A stretch of 64,000 bases of DNA from Alcaligenaceae bacterium (GCA_012511555.1 JAAZFX010000056.1:19445-83444); one strand, 5' to 3'; counted from the first letter of the stretch, positions 29,877 through 40,078 are shown. The notes: generated from the letters alone by a model not told the origin. Translations and numbers: made by a program.

Positions 29877-30488
29877 CTAAGGGCGGCACTGAGCATACTG
29901 CGCACCATATCGCTCACTTCTTGCTTGTACCGCGCTGGCCACTCGCAACAACCAAGCTTTGTTGCGATAAGTACCACGACTGTAGCCGCCCCACCCTTCA
30001 TGATAATTCAAATAAAGATTATAGGCATCCCACTTGGAAACACCATTAAGTTGTTGTGATTTATTAGAGTACCAACCCACAAAGTCCAAAGCATCAGCCA
30101 TATTAGAGCGACTGGCAAATGAACTGTTTTCACGTTTGTAGTCACTCCAGACCTCATCCTTGGCTTGTGGGTAACCATAAGCAGAACTGGCACGACCTCT
30201 GGGAATCACACCTAAAAACCACCTTCTCGGTGGCTGTGCATCGTGCTTAAAGCCTGATTCATGATAAATAATCGCCATTAAAATTTGTGGCGGAACACGC
30301 CATTTTTGTTCGCTCTTAATTGCTGCTTTGTGCCAGTCAGGCTTTTCATTAAAAATCGAACAGATATTTTCAGGCTGAGCAGGTGGCGTACGACTAGAAG
30401 CGCATGCAGACAACAAAGCAGCCAGCCCAACAATAATCAATAGCCTCGAAGCTTGATTATTTTTTAAATACAAAGCACGTCTTAACAT
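29877..30488 (-). CDS. Lytic transglycosylase SLT-like lipoprotein
   Basis: Lipobox LSAC, AII.HES.F, SSAYGY.QA and YL.YHEG.GG. Confidence 0.8.
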   Translation of the reverse strand: MLRRALYLKNNQASRLLIIVGLAALLSACASSRTPPAQPENICSIFNEKPDWHKAAIKSEQKWRVPPQILMAIIYHESGFKHDAQPPRRWFLGVIPRGRASSAYGYPQAKDEVWSDYKRENSSFASRSNMADALDFVGWYSNKSQQLNGVSKWDAYNLYLNYHEGWGGYSRGTYRNKAWLLRVASAVQARSERYGAQYAQCRP

Positions 30489-30640
30489 AGATACAACCTA
30501 CTCATTTGTTAACAGAACTAAGGGCAGGCATTCCAGTCTAAGAAAGCATATTCGGGTTTTTAATTAGAGCGAATTAGTTAAGTCCCCGAAGCCCAATTAC
30601 CATATATAATAAGCTATTAAATACTAGCTAATCTCTAGGA

Positions 30641-31771
30641 GTGACAATGTCTACAGCAAAAGCCAATCTTAGCTTTTTTGTTGTGTTACTGGTTTTTGTA
30701 ACAATTGGCTTTATTGCCACTATTTTACCTTGGTTTGGCTCATTATTCTGGGCGGTTATTTTTACCGTTTTGTTCTTGCCATTGCATAATCGCATATACA
30801 GAATGATGCCTAAATTCCCTAATCTAGCGGCATTAATCACCCTTATATTGTGGATTTTCTTGGCCTTAATTCCATTACTATTAATTACTGCGGCGTTAGT
30901 TAGAGAGATCAACACATTCTATGAGTTAGTCCGCGATGGCCAATTTAATATTGCCATCTACTCCAACGCAATTATTGATAAGATGCCTGATTGGGTACAC
31001 AATACCCTAGGCTACTTTGAGATTACCGACTTAAGCGATATTCAATCCAAGATACAAGCATCACTAGCTAACATCAGCCGTACCGCTGCGAATCAAGCTG
31101 TAGCTTTTGGACAAAATGCTGTTTGGTTCTTTGCCGCATTAGGCGTGATGCTTTACGCCATGTTTTTCTTCTTCCGCGATGGCGCCAGATTAGTTGAAAG
31201 AATCAAATACACAATTCCCTTAACTTCTGAATATCGTAATACCTTATTCGAGCGTTTTACCACGGTAATCAAAGCGACAGTTAAAGGTAATATCCTTGTC
31301 GCAGTTGCTCAAGGTACTTTAGGCGGTATCATTTTAGCCTTTTTAGAAGTACAAGGCGCCGTACTTTGGGGAGTGGTTATGGCATTCTTATCACTGCTCC
31401 CTGCCATAGGCTCTGCGCTTATTTGGTTACCTGTCGCAGTCTACTTCCTGGCAACCGGTGCTATCTTCAAAGGTATTATCCTGACCTTATTTGGTGTCTT
31501 TGTGATTGGTCTTACGGATAATGTGCTGCGCCCTATTTTAGTCGGAAAGTCAACCAAACTCCCTGACTGGGTAATTTTAATTTCTACACTGGGTGGTTTA
31601 AGCGTATTTGGCATTAATGGCTTTGTTATTGGACCTCTATTAGCTGCTTTATTTATCGTTTGTTGGCAACTATTTGCTGAAACCTTAATTGAAAATGACG
31701 CCAATGAACTTAGAGCACAAAAAGCACAAACAATGGTGAGACTCAAAAGCACAAAACCTCCAATTCGATAA
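30641..31771 (+). CDS. AI-2E family transporter (PerM/YdiK)
   Basis: FFFRDG, VAQGTLGG, DNVLRP.LVG and GFVIGP. Confidence 0.9.
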   Translation: MTMSTAKANLSFFVVLLVFVTIGFIATILPWFGSLFWAVIFTVLFLPLHNRIYRMMPKFPNLAALITLILWIFLALIPLLLITAALVREINTFYELVRDGQFNIAIYSNAIIDKMPDWVHNTLGYFEITDLSDIQSKIQASLANISRTAANQAVAFGQNAVWFFAALGVMLYAMFFFFRDGARLVERIKYTIPLTSEYRNTLFERFTTVIKATVKGNILVAVAQGTLGGIILAFLEVQGAVLWGVVMAFLSLLPAIGSALIWLPVAVYFLATGAIFKGIILTLFGVFVIGLTDNVLRPILVGKSTKLPDWVILISTLGGLSVFGINGFVIGPLLAALFIVCWQLFAETLIENDANELRAQKAQTMVRLKSTKPPIR

Positions 31772-31841
31772 TTTAATTTATAGCTTTTTTGCTACACAAA
31801 AAAATAATTTTGTGATTTTTAATACTAAGCCAACAAAAAGC

Positions 31842-31870
31842 TTGACCCGGGATCGATTAAAGGATAATAT
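31842..31870 (+). promoter_or_regulatory. Putative sigma70 promoter for tRNA-Leu
   Basis: TTGACC-17 bp-TAATAT with A/T tracts upstream. Confidence 0.55.
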
Positions 31871-32013
31871 TTAATGCTTAGTTAGTTACTAAACTTCTAG
31901 ATGATTTTTAGCAAAGTAGTGATTAACTAAATAGTAGTAATTAATTAATTAATCTACCAAGTAATTATTTACTATGCACTTAAGCGCAATGCTTAAGTTT
32001 ATATTTTGATAGT

Positions 32014-32098
32014 GCGAGCGTGGCGGAATTGGTAGACGCACTGGATTTAGGTTCCAGCGCCGTGAGGTGTGAGAGTTCAAGTCTCTCCGCTCGCACCA
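32014..32098 (+). tRNA. tRNA-Leu(TAG)
   Basis: Acceptor stem GCGAGCG/CGCTCGC, D-arm TGGCGGAATTGGTAGACGCA, anticodon arm CTGGA-TTTAGGT-TCCAG, long variable arm, GTTCAAG T-loop and encoded CCA. Confidence 0.97.
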
Positions 32099-32329
32099 CA
32101 ACACATCAAGTGTTTATTAATTTCTTTTATAAAAATCCTGTCTCTTAAAATCAATAGCACTCTGTGCTGTATTTTTCCTTCTTAGACATACTTATCTTGA
32201 TTTATTTTATTGATATAGTAAAAAGTAAGAATTCTCCTAAGCAGCCCTATTCAAAATTTGGTGTTAAAATGTGAGTCCTTTGACTGACAGTCTGACAGTC
32301 CTTAACTCGTTTCAGGAGCAATTTTCACC

Positions 32330-33253
32330 ATGGCTATCAGAAGCTACAAAGAACTTAAAAATATACGCGACCTAATTCGCTATGCCGTGTCTTGCTTTAA
32401 CCAGGCAGATCTAAGTTTTGGTCATGGCAATGATAATGCTTGGGATGAAGCCGTTTATCTCGTGTTAGAGCGACTGAATCTACCCTTAGATCAATTAACT
32501 CCTTATATGGATGCAAGAGTTTTAGAGAGTGAAAGGAAATTGGTCTTAGACTTAATTCATCAGCGTGCGGCCACACGATTACCATTAGCACACCTGATCG
32601 GTGTAGCTTGGTTGCAAGGCCATCGCTTCCTGACAGATAAGCGTGTATTTATACCTCGTTCCCCTATTGCCAAATTAATTACCCAAGAAGAACTCCGTCC
32701 TTGGGTACAAGACAATGAAGCCCCAATGACCATGCTTAATATGTGCGCAGGGTCTGGCTCACTAGCCATTTTAATGGCCTTGGCCTTCCCCAATAGCACC
32801 ATCGATGCTGTGGATGTCTCTGAGTATGCTGTTTTATTAACTCAACGTAATGTCGCAATGTACAAACTTGAGGATCGAATTAACATCATCGAAAGTGATT
32901 TGTTTGACGACTTGAGTAGCGACCGCATATACGATGTGATCGTTTGCAATCCACCTTATGTTACAACCGAGAGCTTGAGGCGGCTCCCTGATGAATATCG
33001 ACACGAACCTTCGCTTGCCCTGCATGGTGGGGACGACGGCATGGACATCATTCGCAAATTTCTAAGCCAAGCAACAAATCATTTAAATGACGAGGGAATC
33101 ATTATTTTAGAAATAGGTTTCAACAAAGATAATTTCCATCATGCTTTTCCAGATTTAGAACCGATTTTCTTGGAAAATGAATATGATACAAACATCATTA
33201 TTTTATTGACAAAAGAACAATTAGAAAAGATAAAGGACCCCGTTAAACAATGA
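32330..33253 (+). CDS. prmB: Ribosomal protein uL3 glutamine N5-methyltransferase
   Basis: FGHG.DNAWDEA..LV, IPRS.I, NPPY and EY.HEP.LAL.GG.DG. Confidence 0.9.
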   Translation: MAIRSYKELKNIRDLIRYAVSCFNQADLSFGHGNDNAWDEAVYLVLERLNLPLDQLTPYMDARVLESERKLVLDLIHQRAATRLPLAHLIGVAWLQGHRFLTDKRVFIPRSPIAKLITQEELRPWVQDNEAPMTMLNMCAGSGSLAILMALAFPNSTIDAVDVSEYAVLLTQRNVAMYKLEDRINIIESDLFDDLSSDRIYDVIVCNPPYVTTESLRRLPDEYRHEPSLALHGGDDGMDIIRKFLSQATNHLNDEGIIILEIGFNKDNFHHAFPDLEPIFLENEYDTNIIILLTKEQLEKIKDPVKQ

Positions 33254-35181
33254 TCAAAGCTCAAGGCTTAACGCTTCGTCGAGGCACCAAAGTATTATTA
33301 GAAGAAGCTGAGTTTGTTATCAATCCAGGGGAACGGGTTGGTATCGTCGGCAGAAATGGGGCTGGAAAATCCACTCTTTTTTCTTTAATTCAAGGCCAAT
33401 TAGAGCAAGATGCAGGCTCCTTAGAAATACCTAAATCTTGGGAAATCGCCGCCGTTAGTCAAGATATCTATGGTCAAGAAAAGATTGCTCGCGAATTTGT
33501 TATTGATGGCGACACGCGTTTAAGAGCATTACAACAAAAACGCGCTGAAGTTGATGAATCTGACGGCATCAAAGTCGCCGAGCTAGAGGCTGCCCTCACC
33601 GATGCCGGACATTGGTCTGCCGAGTCGCGCGCTGAACAGCTATTGGCAGGCCTTGGTTTTGCTCCAGACACATGGAGTAAAACAGTCAGTGAGTTTTCAG
33701 GCGGTTGGCAAGTGCGCCTCTCTATTGCTCGTGCACTCATGAAGCCTTCTGATTTATTGCTACTGGATGAACCTACTAACCATTTAGATCTTGACGCCAT
33801 GGTATGGCTTGAACGTTGGCTTGCAGCCTACCAAGGCACTGTTTTACTCATCTCTCATGATACTGAGTTTTTAAATAATGTGGCTCGTATTATCCTGCAT
33901 TTTGAGCAGCAAAAACTACAACGCTACCGTGGCAATTACGAATCCTTTGTTGAGCAACAAGCCGAGCATCTAGCTCAGCATGAACACGCTTATGTGAAGC
34001 AACAAAAAGAGATTCAACATATGCAGTCTTTTATTGACCGCTTCAAGGCTAAGGCAACCAAAGCCAAACAAGCACAAAGTCGAGTAAAAGCACTTAACCG
34101 CATGCAAAAACTGGCTCCTTTGCAGTTCAACTCAGGAATTAGTTTTAGCTTGCCTCAACCCGAGCAAATGCCTGATCCACTAATTATCATTGATAAAGTA
34201 GATATAGGATATGCGCCTGAGCGCCCTATCTTAAAAAATATCAATATGATGATCCGGGGTGGTGCACGTATTGGTATTTTAGGTGTCAACGGCGCTGGTA
34301 AATCAACTTTTATCAAATCATTAGTAGGAGAATTGAAAGCTCTTAGTGGCTCAATAAATATGGCTAAAGGTGTCAATATTGCCTATTTTGCTCAACAGCA
34401 ATTAGATATGCTGGATCCCCAGGCCACACCGCTACTGCACATGATGCGTATTGCCCCTAATGAACGTGAACAAAGCTTGCGTGATTACTTGGGTGGTTTC
34501 GGTTTTATAGGTGAGCAGGCACTATCTAAGGTTGAGCCCTTCTCTGGTGGAGAAAAGGCGCGCCTCGCCCTTGCCTTATTAGTTTGGAAAAAACCAAACC
34601 TGCTGCTACTTGATGAGCCAAGCAATCACTTAGATGTCGATATGCGCGAAGCCCTGGCTAGAGCCTTAACAGAGTTTGAAGGCAGTATCCTGTTAGTTTC
34701 TCACGATAGACACTTATTACGAAGTACCTCCGATGAGTTTATGATTGTCGCTGATGGCAGCATCAGTGAGTTTGACGGTGATTTAGATGATTATCAACAA
34801 TGGCTAGCCAATCGAAAAGCTGAGGAACGCCAAGAATCCAATATCGCTAAACAAAAAGAGCGTATTGCAAGTGGTGAGAACACAGCTATCGACCGCCGCG
34901 CCCAAAGACGCCAAGAGGCTGAAGATAGGCAACGCTTAAATATTCTAAAAAAACCTTTGCTTAAAGAACTGCATCAACTAGAAGCGCAACTTGAGAAAAG
35001 CACGCAAAGGCTTGAAGAACTTCAAGAAGCCATGAGCAATGAAAATTTTTATAGTGATGAGAATCGAGACTCCCGCATAGCGCAACTAAGTGAACATGGG
35101 CAGTTGGAAGCTCAGAAAAATGAACTGGAAGAACGCTGGTTAGAGCTTAATGAAGCAATAGAACAAATAGAACAACGTTAA
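33250..35181 (+). CDS. ABC-F family ATPase (YheS-like)
   Basis: Two ABC domains, no TM segments, linker FKAKATKAKQAQSR and a C-terminal coiled coil. Confidence 0.92.
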   Translation: MIKAQGLTLRRGTKVLLEEAEFVINPGERVGIVGRNGAGKSTLFSLIQGQLEQDAGSLEIPKSWEIAAVSQDIYGQEKIAREFVIDGDTRLRALQQKRAEVDESDGIKVAELEAALTDAGHWSAESRAEQLLAGLGFAPDTWSKTVSEFSGGWQVRLSIARALMKPSDLLLLDEPTNHLDLDAMVWLERWLAAYQGTVLLISHDTEFLNNVARIILHFEQQKLQRYRGNYESFVEQQAEHLAQHEHAYVKQQKEIQHMQSFIDRFKAKATKAKQAQSRVKALNRMQKLAPLQFNSGISFSLPQPEQMPDPLIIIDKVDIGYAPERPILKNINMMIRGGARIGILGVNGAGKSTFIKSLVGELKALSGSINMAKGVNIAYFAQQQLDMLDPQATPLLHMMRIAPNEREQSLRDYLGGFGFIGEQALSKVEPFSGGEKARLALALLVWKKPNLLLLDEPSNHLDVDMREALARALTEFEGSILLVSHDRHLLRSTSDEFMIVADGSISEFDGDLDDYQQWLANRKAEERQESNIAKQKERIASGENTAIDRRAQRRQEAEDRQRLNILKKPLLKELHQLEAQLEKSTQRLEELQEAMSNENFYSDENRDSRIAQLSEHGQLEAQKNELEERWLELNEAIEQIEQR

Positions 35182-35182
35182 A

Positions 35183-35218
35183 ATAAAGGTTTCATGACTC
35201 ACTCATGAGGCTTTTATT
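35183..35218 (+). terminator. Probable terminator after the ABC-F gene
   Basis: TTTCATGA-ctcac-TCATGAGG stem followed by CTTTTATT. Confidence 0.55.
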
Positions 35219-35672
35219 CATTTAGCAGCCTAAATCACAAATACCTTCTGAGTTTTAAGCTAATTTTTAAGATGCTCTCTTTGCGCACCGAACACCGCCA
35301 TCATAACAATGATGGCAATGCGCCAATTCGTCATAATATATAAAAGATAGCCGCATAAAACATAACTACAAACATAAAGTATCTTGTTTTGATTCTAAAA
35401 TTTTTCTGAGAAACCATATCTGGGGTCACTTAAATAAATATTTTTGTTTTATAAACGTAGTAAATGTGGTATCTTTCAAGTGAATAAAATATTTAAGATT
35501 AAAGATTAGTTTTTCGATTTTCAATCATTTTTTTATAAGTATTTTATTTTTAGTTGATATCCGTTTTTCTAAAACACATTGTAAAAGCCGATAAAACTAG
35601 TGAAAGTCATAATAGCCTGAGCATCTAAAGCTTGGTAAATTAATATGAGATATATTTTTGGAGGTTATCCTT

Positions 35673-36617
35673 ATGCATAAAAAACTTTTACTCACAGCTA
35701 CTTTAGCAATGTCTTCAATCTTTGCAACAGCTCATGCAGAAAATCCTAAGTTTTTAAGTATGTTAACAGGCGGTACAGGTGGTACATATTATCCATTAGG
35801 TGGTGCAATCGCTAAAATCGTTACCGACGCAACTGGCATCCAGACTGATGCTTTGTCTTCCAATGCCTCTGCTGATAACATCATTGCTTTACAAGATGGC
35901 GAAGCTGAAATCGCTTTCACACAAACTGACGTGGCTGCTTATGCCGTTAATGGTGTAAATAGCTTTGAAGGTAGAAAGGTTGATGCCATCCAGGCACTTG
36001 GATCTCTTTACCCAGAAACCGTTCAAATCATTACGACTGAAAAAACCGGGATTAAAGCAGTGCCTGACTTAAAAGGTAAAAAGGTATCTGTTGGTGCTCC
36101 AGGATCTGGTACTTATGTTAGTGCTGAGCAAATCCTTGAGGTTTATGGCTTAAAAATGGATGATATCAGAGCACAACACTTAGATTTCGGTGAGTCTGTT
36201 GGTCGCATCCAAGACGGCAACATTGATGCTGCCTTTATTACTGCAGGCACTCCTACAGGTGCGGTAGAGCAATTAACGGCAACGTCAAAAGTCAATGTTT
36301 TACCTGTCGATGGTAACGAAGCTAAGACACTAATCGATAAGTACCCTTTCTATGGCGTTGACACTATTAAAGAAGGCACTTATGGTTTATCTAACGATGT
36401 TAACTCCGTTGCTGTTTTAGCGATGCTAGTTGTACAAAAAGATCTTCCAGAGGACGCTGTTTATAACATCACTAAAGCAATTTATGAAAACTCAGATAAA
36501 ATTGCACATGCTAAAGGAAAAGAAATTTCTTTAGATAAAGCATTAGATGGTATTGGCTTTGATGTGCATCCTGGCGCTAAAAAGTATTATGAAGAAAAAG
36601 GGTTAGAAGTTAAATAA
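35673..36617 (+). CDS. TAXI-family TRAP substrate-binding protein
   Basis: TGGTGGTYYPLGG, LYPE.VQI, VSVGAPGSG and HPGAKKYY; ATG 35673 follows a GGAGG RBS. Confidence 0.92.
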   Translation: MHKKLLLTATLAMSSIFATAHAENPKFLSMLTGGTGGTYYPLGGAIAKIVTDATGIQTDALSSNASADNIIALQDGEAEIAFTQTDVAAYAVNGVNSFEGRKVDAIQALGSLYPETVQIITTEKTGIKAVPDLKGKKVSVGAPGSGTYVSAEQILEVYGLKMDDIRAQHLDFGESVGRIQDGNIDAAFITAGTPTGAVEQLTATSKVNVLPVDGNEAKTLIDKYPFYGVDTIKEGTYGLSNDVNSVAVLAMLVVQKDLPEDAVYNITKAIYENSDKIAHAKGKEISLDKALDGIGFDVHPGAKKYYEEKGLEVK

Positions 36618-36636
36618 TTAAACCTTCTATTTTACC

Positions 36637-36670
36637 TAAAAAGTCGACAGCACTAGTTGTCGACTTTTTA
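36637..36670 (+). terminator. Intra-operon hairpin after the TAXI binding-protein gene
   Basis: TAAAAAGTCGACA-N8-TGTCGACTTTTTA. Confidence 0.7.
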
Positions 36671-36676
36671 AATAAT

Positions 36677-37258
36677 ATGCAACAATACAATTTTAGACGA
36701 AAACAACTTTTCATCAAAATAGTAGTTATCCTATTTATAATTTTCACAACGTTAGCAATAATAAATTTATTATCTCGTCAACCCGTATTAGTTTTTGCAA
36801 ACTGGAAGACGCAAGAAATAGAAGCACTGTTACCTGTTGAGTCAGGTACTCGATTTAGTATTATTTTTGTTCATTCGATACACCTTAAAGATGTTATTGA
36901 AAAATACCGAATCAATGAACAAAATGAGATTGAACAAACAGACATTATTTTTGAACAATTTGGTATAGGTATGCCATCCAATGCGCCAGCTGGAGCTCTG
37001 TTTGTCACTGAAAACGGCAAATACCATATCAAAAACTTGAATTTAATAATGCCTTCTATGATTATCCGAAATGGTAAAACAGTTTCTGAACACCGTTTTG
37101 CATGGGTCGACAAAAACAATCAAGAGCACCAAGTGTATTTTAACGATTACTTTAAACCAGGCGCTTGGTTAGAGATAAAGGTTAAAAAATTACCTCGTTA
37201 TTTTTTATGGAAGGAGCCATTAATTCATGACTCAAAAAAATCCAAACAACCTCACTGA
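36677..37258 (+). CDS. DUF1850-like TAXI-associated protein
   Basis: N-terminal TM segment, F.I.FVHSIHLKDVIE.Y and FG.GMPS; lies between the binding-protein and permease genes. Confidence 0.8.
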   Translation: MQQYNFRRKQLFIKIVVILFIIFTTLAIINLLSRQPVLVFANWKTQEIEALLPVESGTRFSIIFVHSIHLKDVIEKYRINEQNEIEQTDIIFEQFGIGMPSNAPAGALFVTENGKYHIKNLNLIMPSMIIRNGKTVSEHRFAWVDKNNQEHQVYFNDYFKPGAWLEIKVKKLPRYFLWKEPLIHDSKKSKQPH

Positions 37259-39266
37259 TCCTGATGAGGTACAAAACGTTGACCCTCTCGAAGAGCCTGA
37301 GTTAAGCGCTGAACAGCAAGCCGCTTTACTAGAGCAATTTGATGTCGAATCACGTACTCGCCATGTAACCGGAATAATGGCAGGCGTTATTTTTGTCGTT
37401 TTAATTAGCTTTTCATTATTCCAAATTTATACTGGCGTATTTGGTCAGTTTACAGCGTACATTCAACGAACAGTGCATTTAGGTTTTGCCCTGTCACTCA
37501 TTTTCTTTTTGTTTCCAGCAAAACGTGGCACAGCAAAAAATCACGTCCCTTGGTATGATTTAATTTTAATTTTACTGACGATTTTTGTTTGCGGCTATTG
37601 GCCAATGTATTACGAAACGTTAGTAAGACACATTGGCACCATTACAGGCGCGCAGTTTGCTATCGGCTCGATCGCTATTTTGCTAACACTAGAAGCCACT
37701 CGCCGCGCCGTAGGACTGCCTATAGTCATTATTTCAGTTGCTTTCTTGTTATATGCTTATTTCGGTCAATCGATGCCTGGTATGTTCGCTCATAGAGGGC
37801 TGACAGAGTATCAACTTGTTAAAGCCATGTTCTTTACAACAGAAGGTATTTTAGGCACTCCATTACAAGTTTCCTCTACCTACATCTTCTTATTTTTACT
37901 CTTTGGATCGTTTTTAGTACAAACTGGTGTAGGAAATTACTTTAACGATTTAGCGGTAGCCATTGCGGGTAAGCGAATTGGTGGTCCTGCCAAAGTAGCT
38001 GTATTCTCAAGCGCTTTGCAGGGGACTATCTCAGGTAGCTCAGTTGCCAACGTGGTGACCACGGGCTCGTACACTATTCCTATGATGAAAAAGCTTGGTT
38101 ATCATAAGAATTTTGCCGGCGCAGTCGAAGCAGCGTCTTCTACGGGTGGACAAATTATGCCACCCATTATGGGGGCAGCCGCTTTTCTTATGATCGAATT
38201 TGCTGGAGTACCTTATTGGGAGATTGCTAAGGCAGCCACTATTCCGGCCCTGTTATATTTTGCAGGGATCTGGATTATGACCCATTTTGAAGCAAAACGT
38301 ACAGGACTACTGGGACTTCCGGATGATCAGATCCCAAAAATGAAAGTCGTTTTAAAACGTATGCATTTGCTTTTCCCCATCGTTATTATCGTAGTATTGC
38401 TTTTTAAAGGCTTTAGTATTGAAAGAGCGGCTTTATTAGGGATTGTTTCAGCTATTGTTGTGTCTCTCTTTCTTAAAGATACACGTATCACTTTTCCTAA
38501 ATTTATTGAAGCATTAACCTCTGGAGCTCGTACAGCACTGGGTGTCGCTGCTGCATGCGCATGCGCAGGGATTATTGTAGGTGTCGTAACTAAAACAGGT
38601 TTAGGTTTAAAAATGGGTAATGGTCTGCTAGATATGGCTGGTATCATTGCTTCTGGTAATTTGCAGTTCCAAATTTTATTAACCCTAGTATTTACTATGG
38701 TGACGTCTTTAATTATCGGAATGGGCTCACCAACGACTGCCAACTATATCATTACTTCAACAATTGCTTTACCTGCAATCGTTGCAATTAATCATGTTTT
38801 ACCCGCTAACGAAGCAATTCCTATTTTAGCAGCCCATATGTTTGTATTCTATTTTGGAATTGTGGCGGATATTACTCCTCCAGTGGCTTTAGCTGCTTTT
38901 GCGGCCACAGGGATTTCGGGCGGAGCGCCAATTCGTACCGCGGTTAATGCCACTAAACTAGCAATTGCTGCATTTATTATCCCTTATATGTTTGTTTTCC
39001 AACCGCAGTTATTATTAATTGATACTAACTTTTTTGAGGTTATATTGATGTTGATTACCGCGATTGCAGGGATGATCGCAATTGGCGCCGGATTAATTGG
39101 GTATTGGTATTTCAAATTAAATCCACTCCTACGACTAATTTCTTTAGTGGCCGGTATCTTCTTAATGTACCCTGGCAGCTATACAGATATTATTGGTGCA
39201 ATTATCTTCGTTATTATGGTGATATACCAACTAGCGCGTATGAAAGCAAATTCAGCACTTAAGTAA
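37227..39266 (+). CDS. TRAP 4TM/12TM fused permease (TAXI type)
   Basis: GGPAKVAV, SGSSVANV, EAASSTGGQIMPPIMGAAAF and ADITPPVALAAFA. Confidence 0.93.
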   Translation: MTQKNPNNLTDPDEVQNVDPLEEPELSAEQQAALLEQFDVESRTRHVTGIMAGVIFVVLISFSLFQIYTGVFGQFTAYIQRTVHLGFALSLIFFLFPAKRGTAKNHVPWYDLILILLTIFVCGYWPMYYETLVRHIGTITGAQFAIGSIAILLTLEATRRAVGLPIVIISVAFLLYAYFGQSMPGMFAHRGLTEYQLVKAMFFTTEGILGTPLQVSSTYIFLFLLFGSFLVQTGVGNYFNDLAVAIAGKRIGGPAKVAVFSSALQGTISGSSVANVVTTGSYTIPMMKKLGYHKNFAGAVEAASSTGGQIMPPIMGAAAFLMIEFAGVPYWEIAKAATIPALLYFAGIWIMTHFEAKRTGLLGLPDDQIPKMKVVLKRMHLLFPIVIIVVLLFKGFSIERAALLGIVSAIVVSLFLKDTRITFPKFIEALTSGARTALGVAAACACAGIIVGVVTKTGLGLKMGNGLLDMAGIIASGNLQFQILLTLVFTMVTSLIIGMGSPTTANYIITSTIALPAIVAINHVLPANEAIPILAAHMFVFYFGIVADITPPVALAAFAATGISGGAPIRTAVNATKLAIAAFIIPYMFVFQPQLLLIDTNFFEVILMLITAIAGMIAIGAGLIGYWYFKLNPLLRLISLVAGIFLMYPGSYTDIIGAIIFVIMVIYQLARMKANSALK

Positions 39267-39313
39267 CTAAAGAGACTCTTTAAAAACATTAAGCTCTTGT
39301 TAAAATTAGTCTC

Positions 39314-39370
39314 TAAATAAAAACCCCCAAATTTGGATATTTAAATTTCCTTCTTCTGGGGGTTTATTTA
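39314..39370. terminator. Probable bidirectional terminator between the TAXI operon and trpF
   Basis: TAAATAAAAACCCCCA...TGGGGGTTTATTTA with a large loop. Confidence 0.55.
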
Positions 39371-39412
39371 TGCGCGATAAAAACACTCGACAGTAGTCGC
39401 AATATGACTAGC

Positions 39413-40069
39413 TTAACTAATATGTCCAAGTGTTAGCTCCGTCATAAAACGCTCCATTTTAAGTGGATCTTTTGAGCCAGGACTACGCTCAATGCCACTG
39501 CATAAATCCACCGCAAATGGCTGATATTTTTGAACAAAGGACTTGATATTTTGAGGTCCAAGACCACCAGCAATTATAATTTTTTCTCTTGCTTGCTGTG
39601 TACGTACCACATTTAATAAATCGGCATCAAAGCTAATCCCTGTGCCACCATACTCAGGACTATAGGCATCAAAAATAAACGCTTTCGCCTGCTTATAAGC
39701 AGCAACACTGTGCGCAATTTCCTCGGGAGTAGAGAGGCCAGGAGCCCCCACTCTAATTGCCCGGATATAGGGATAATTAAACTGCTCACAAAACTCTACC
39801 GTCTCATCGCCATGAAACTGTAGATAATCTGGTCTTACTTCCTCAATTACTCGATTAACTTCATCAGCTAAGGAGTTAACTAACAATACAACTGAACTTA
39901 CCCATACCGGCACAGCATGAATTAAGGGCTTCAATTCTTCAACACTTAAAGCTCTTTTGCTTTTTGGATACAGTATAAAGCCCAAAGCATCAACACCTAG
40001 CTCAACCGCCTTTTGGATATCTTCAAGGCGGGTGATTCCACAAAACTTGACGCGTGTACGGTACAACAT
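39413..40069 (-). CDS. trpF: Phosphoribosylanthranilate isomerase
   Basis: RVKFCGIT, LQFHGDE, GGTG..FD, AGGL...N and VD..SGIE. Confidence 0.93.
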   Translation of the reverse strand: MLYRTRVKFCGITRLEDIQKAVELGVDALGFILYPKSKRALSVEELKPLIHAVPVWVSSVVLLVNSLADEVNRVIEEVRPDYLQFHGDETVEFCEQFNYPYIRAIRVGAPGLSTPEEIAHSVAAYKQAKAFIFDAYSPEYGGTGISFDADLLNVVRTQQAREKIIIAGGLGPQNIKSFVQKYQPFAVDLCSGIERSPGSKDPLKMERFMTELTLGHIS

Positions 40070-40078
40070 CAGAACCCC

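Noticed and set aside
32284-32300. Tandem CTGACAGT repeat upstream of prmB
   Set aside because: Only two 8-bp copies, with no supporting context.
32099-32329. Possible integrative element at tRNA-Leu
   Set aside because: There is no integrase, I saw no duplicated tRNA 3' end, and a core gene (prmB) follows.
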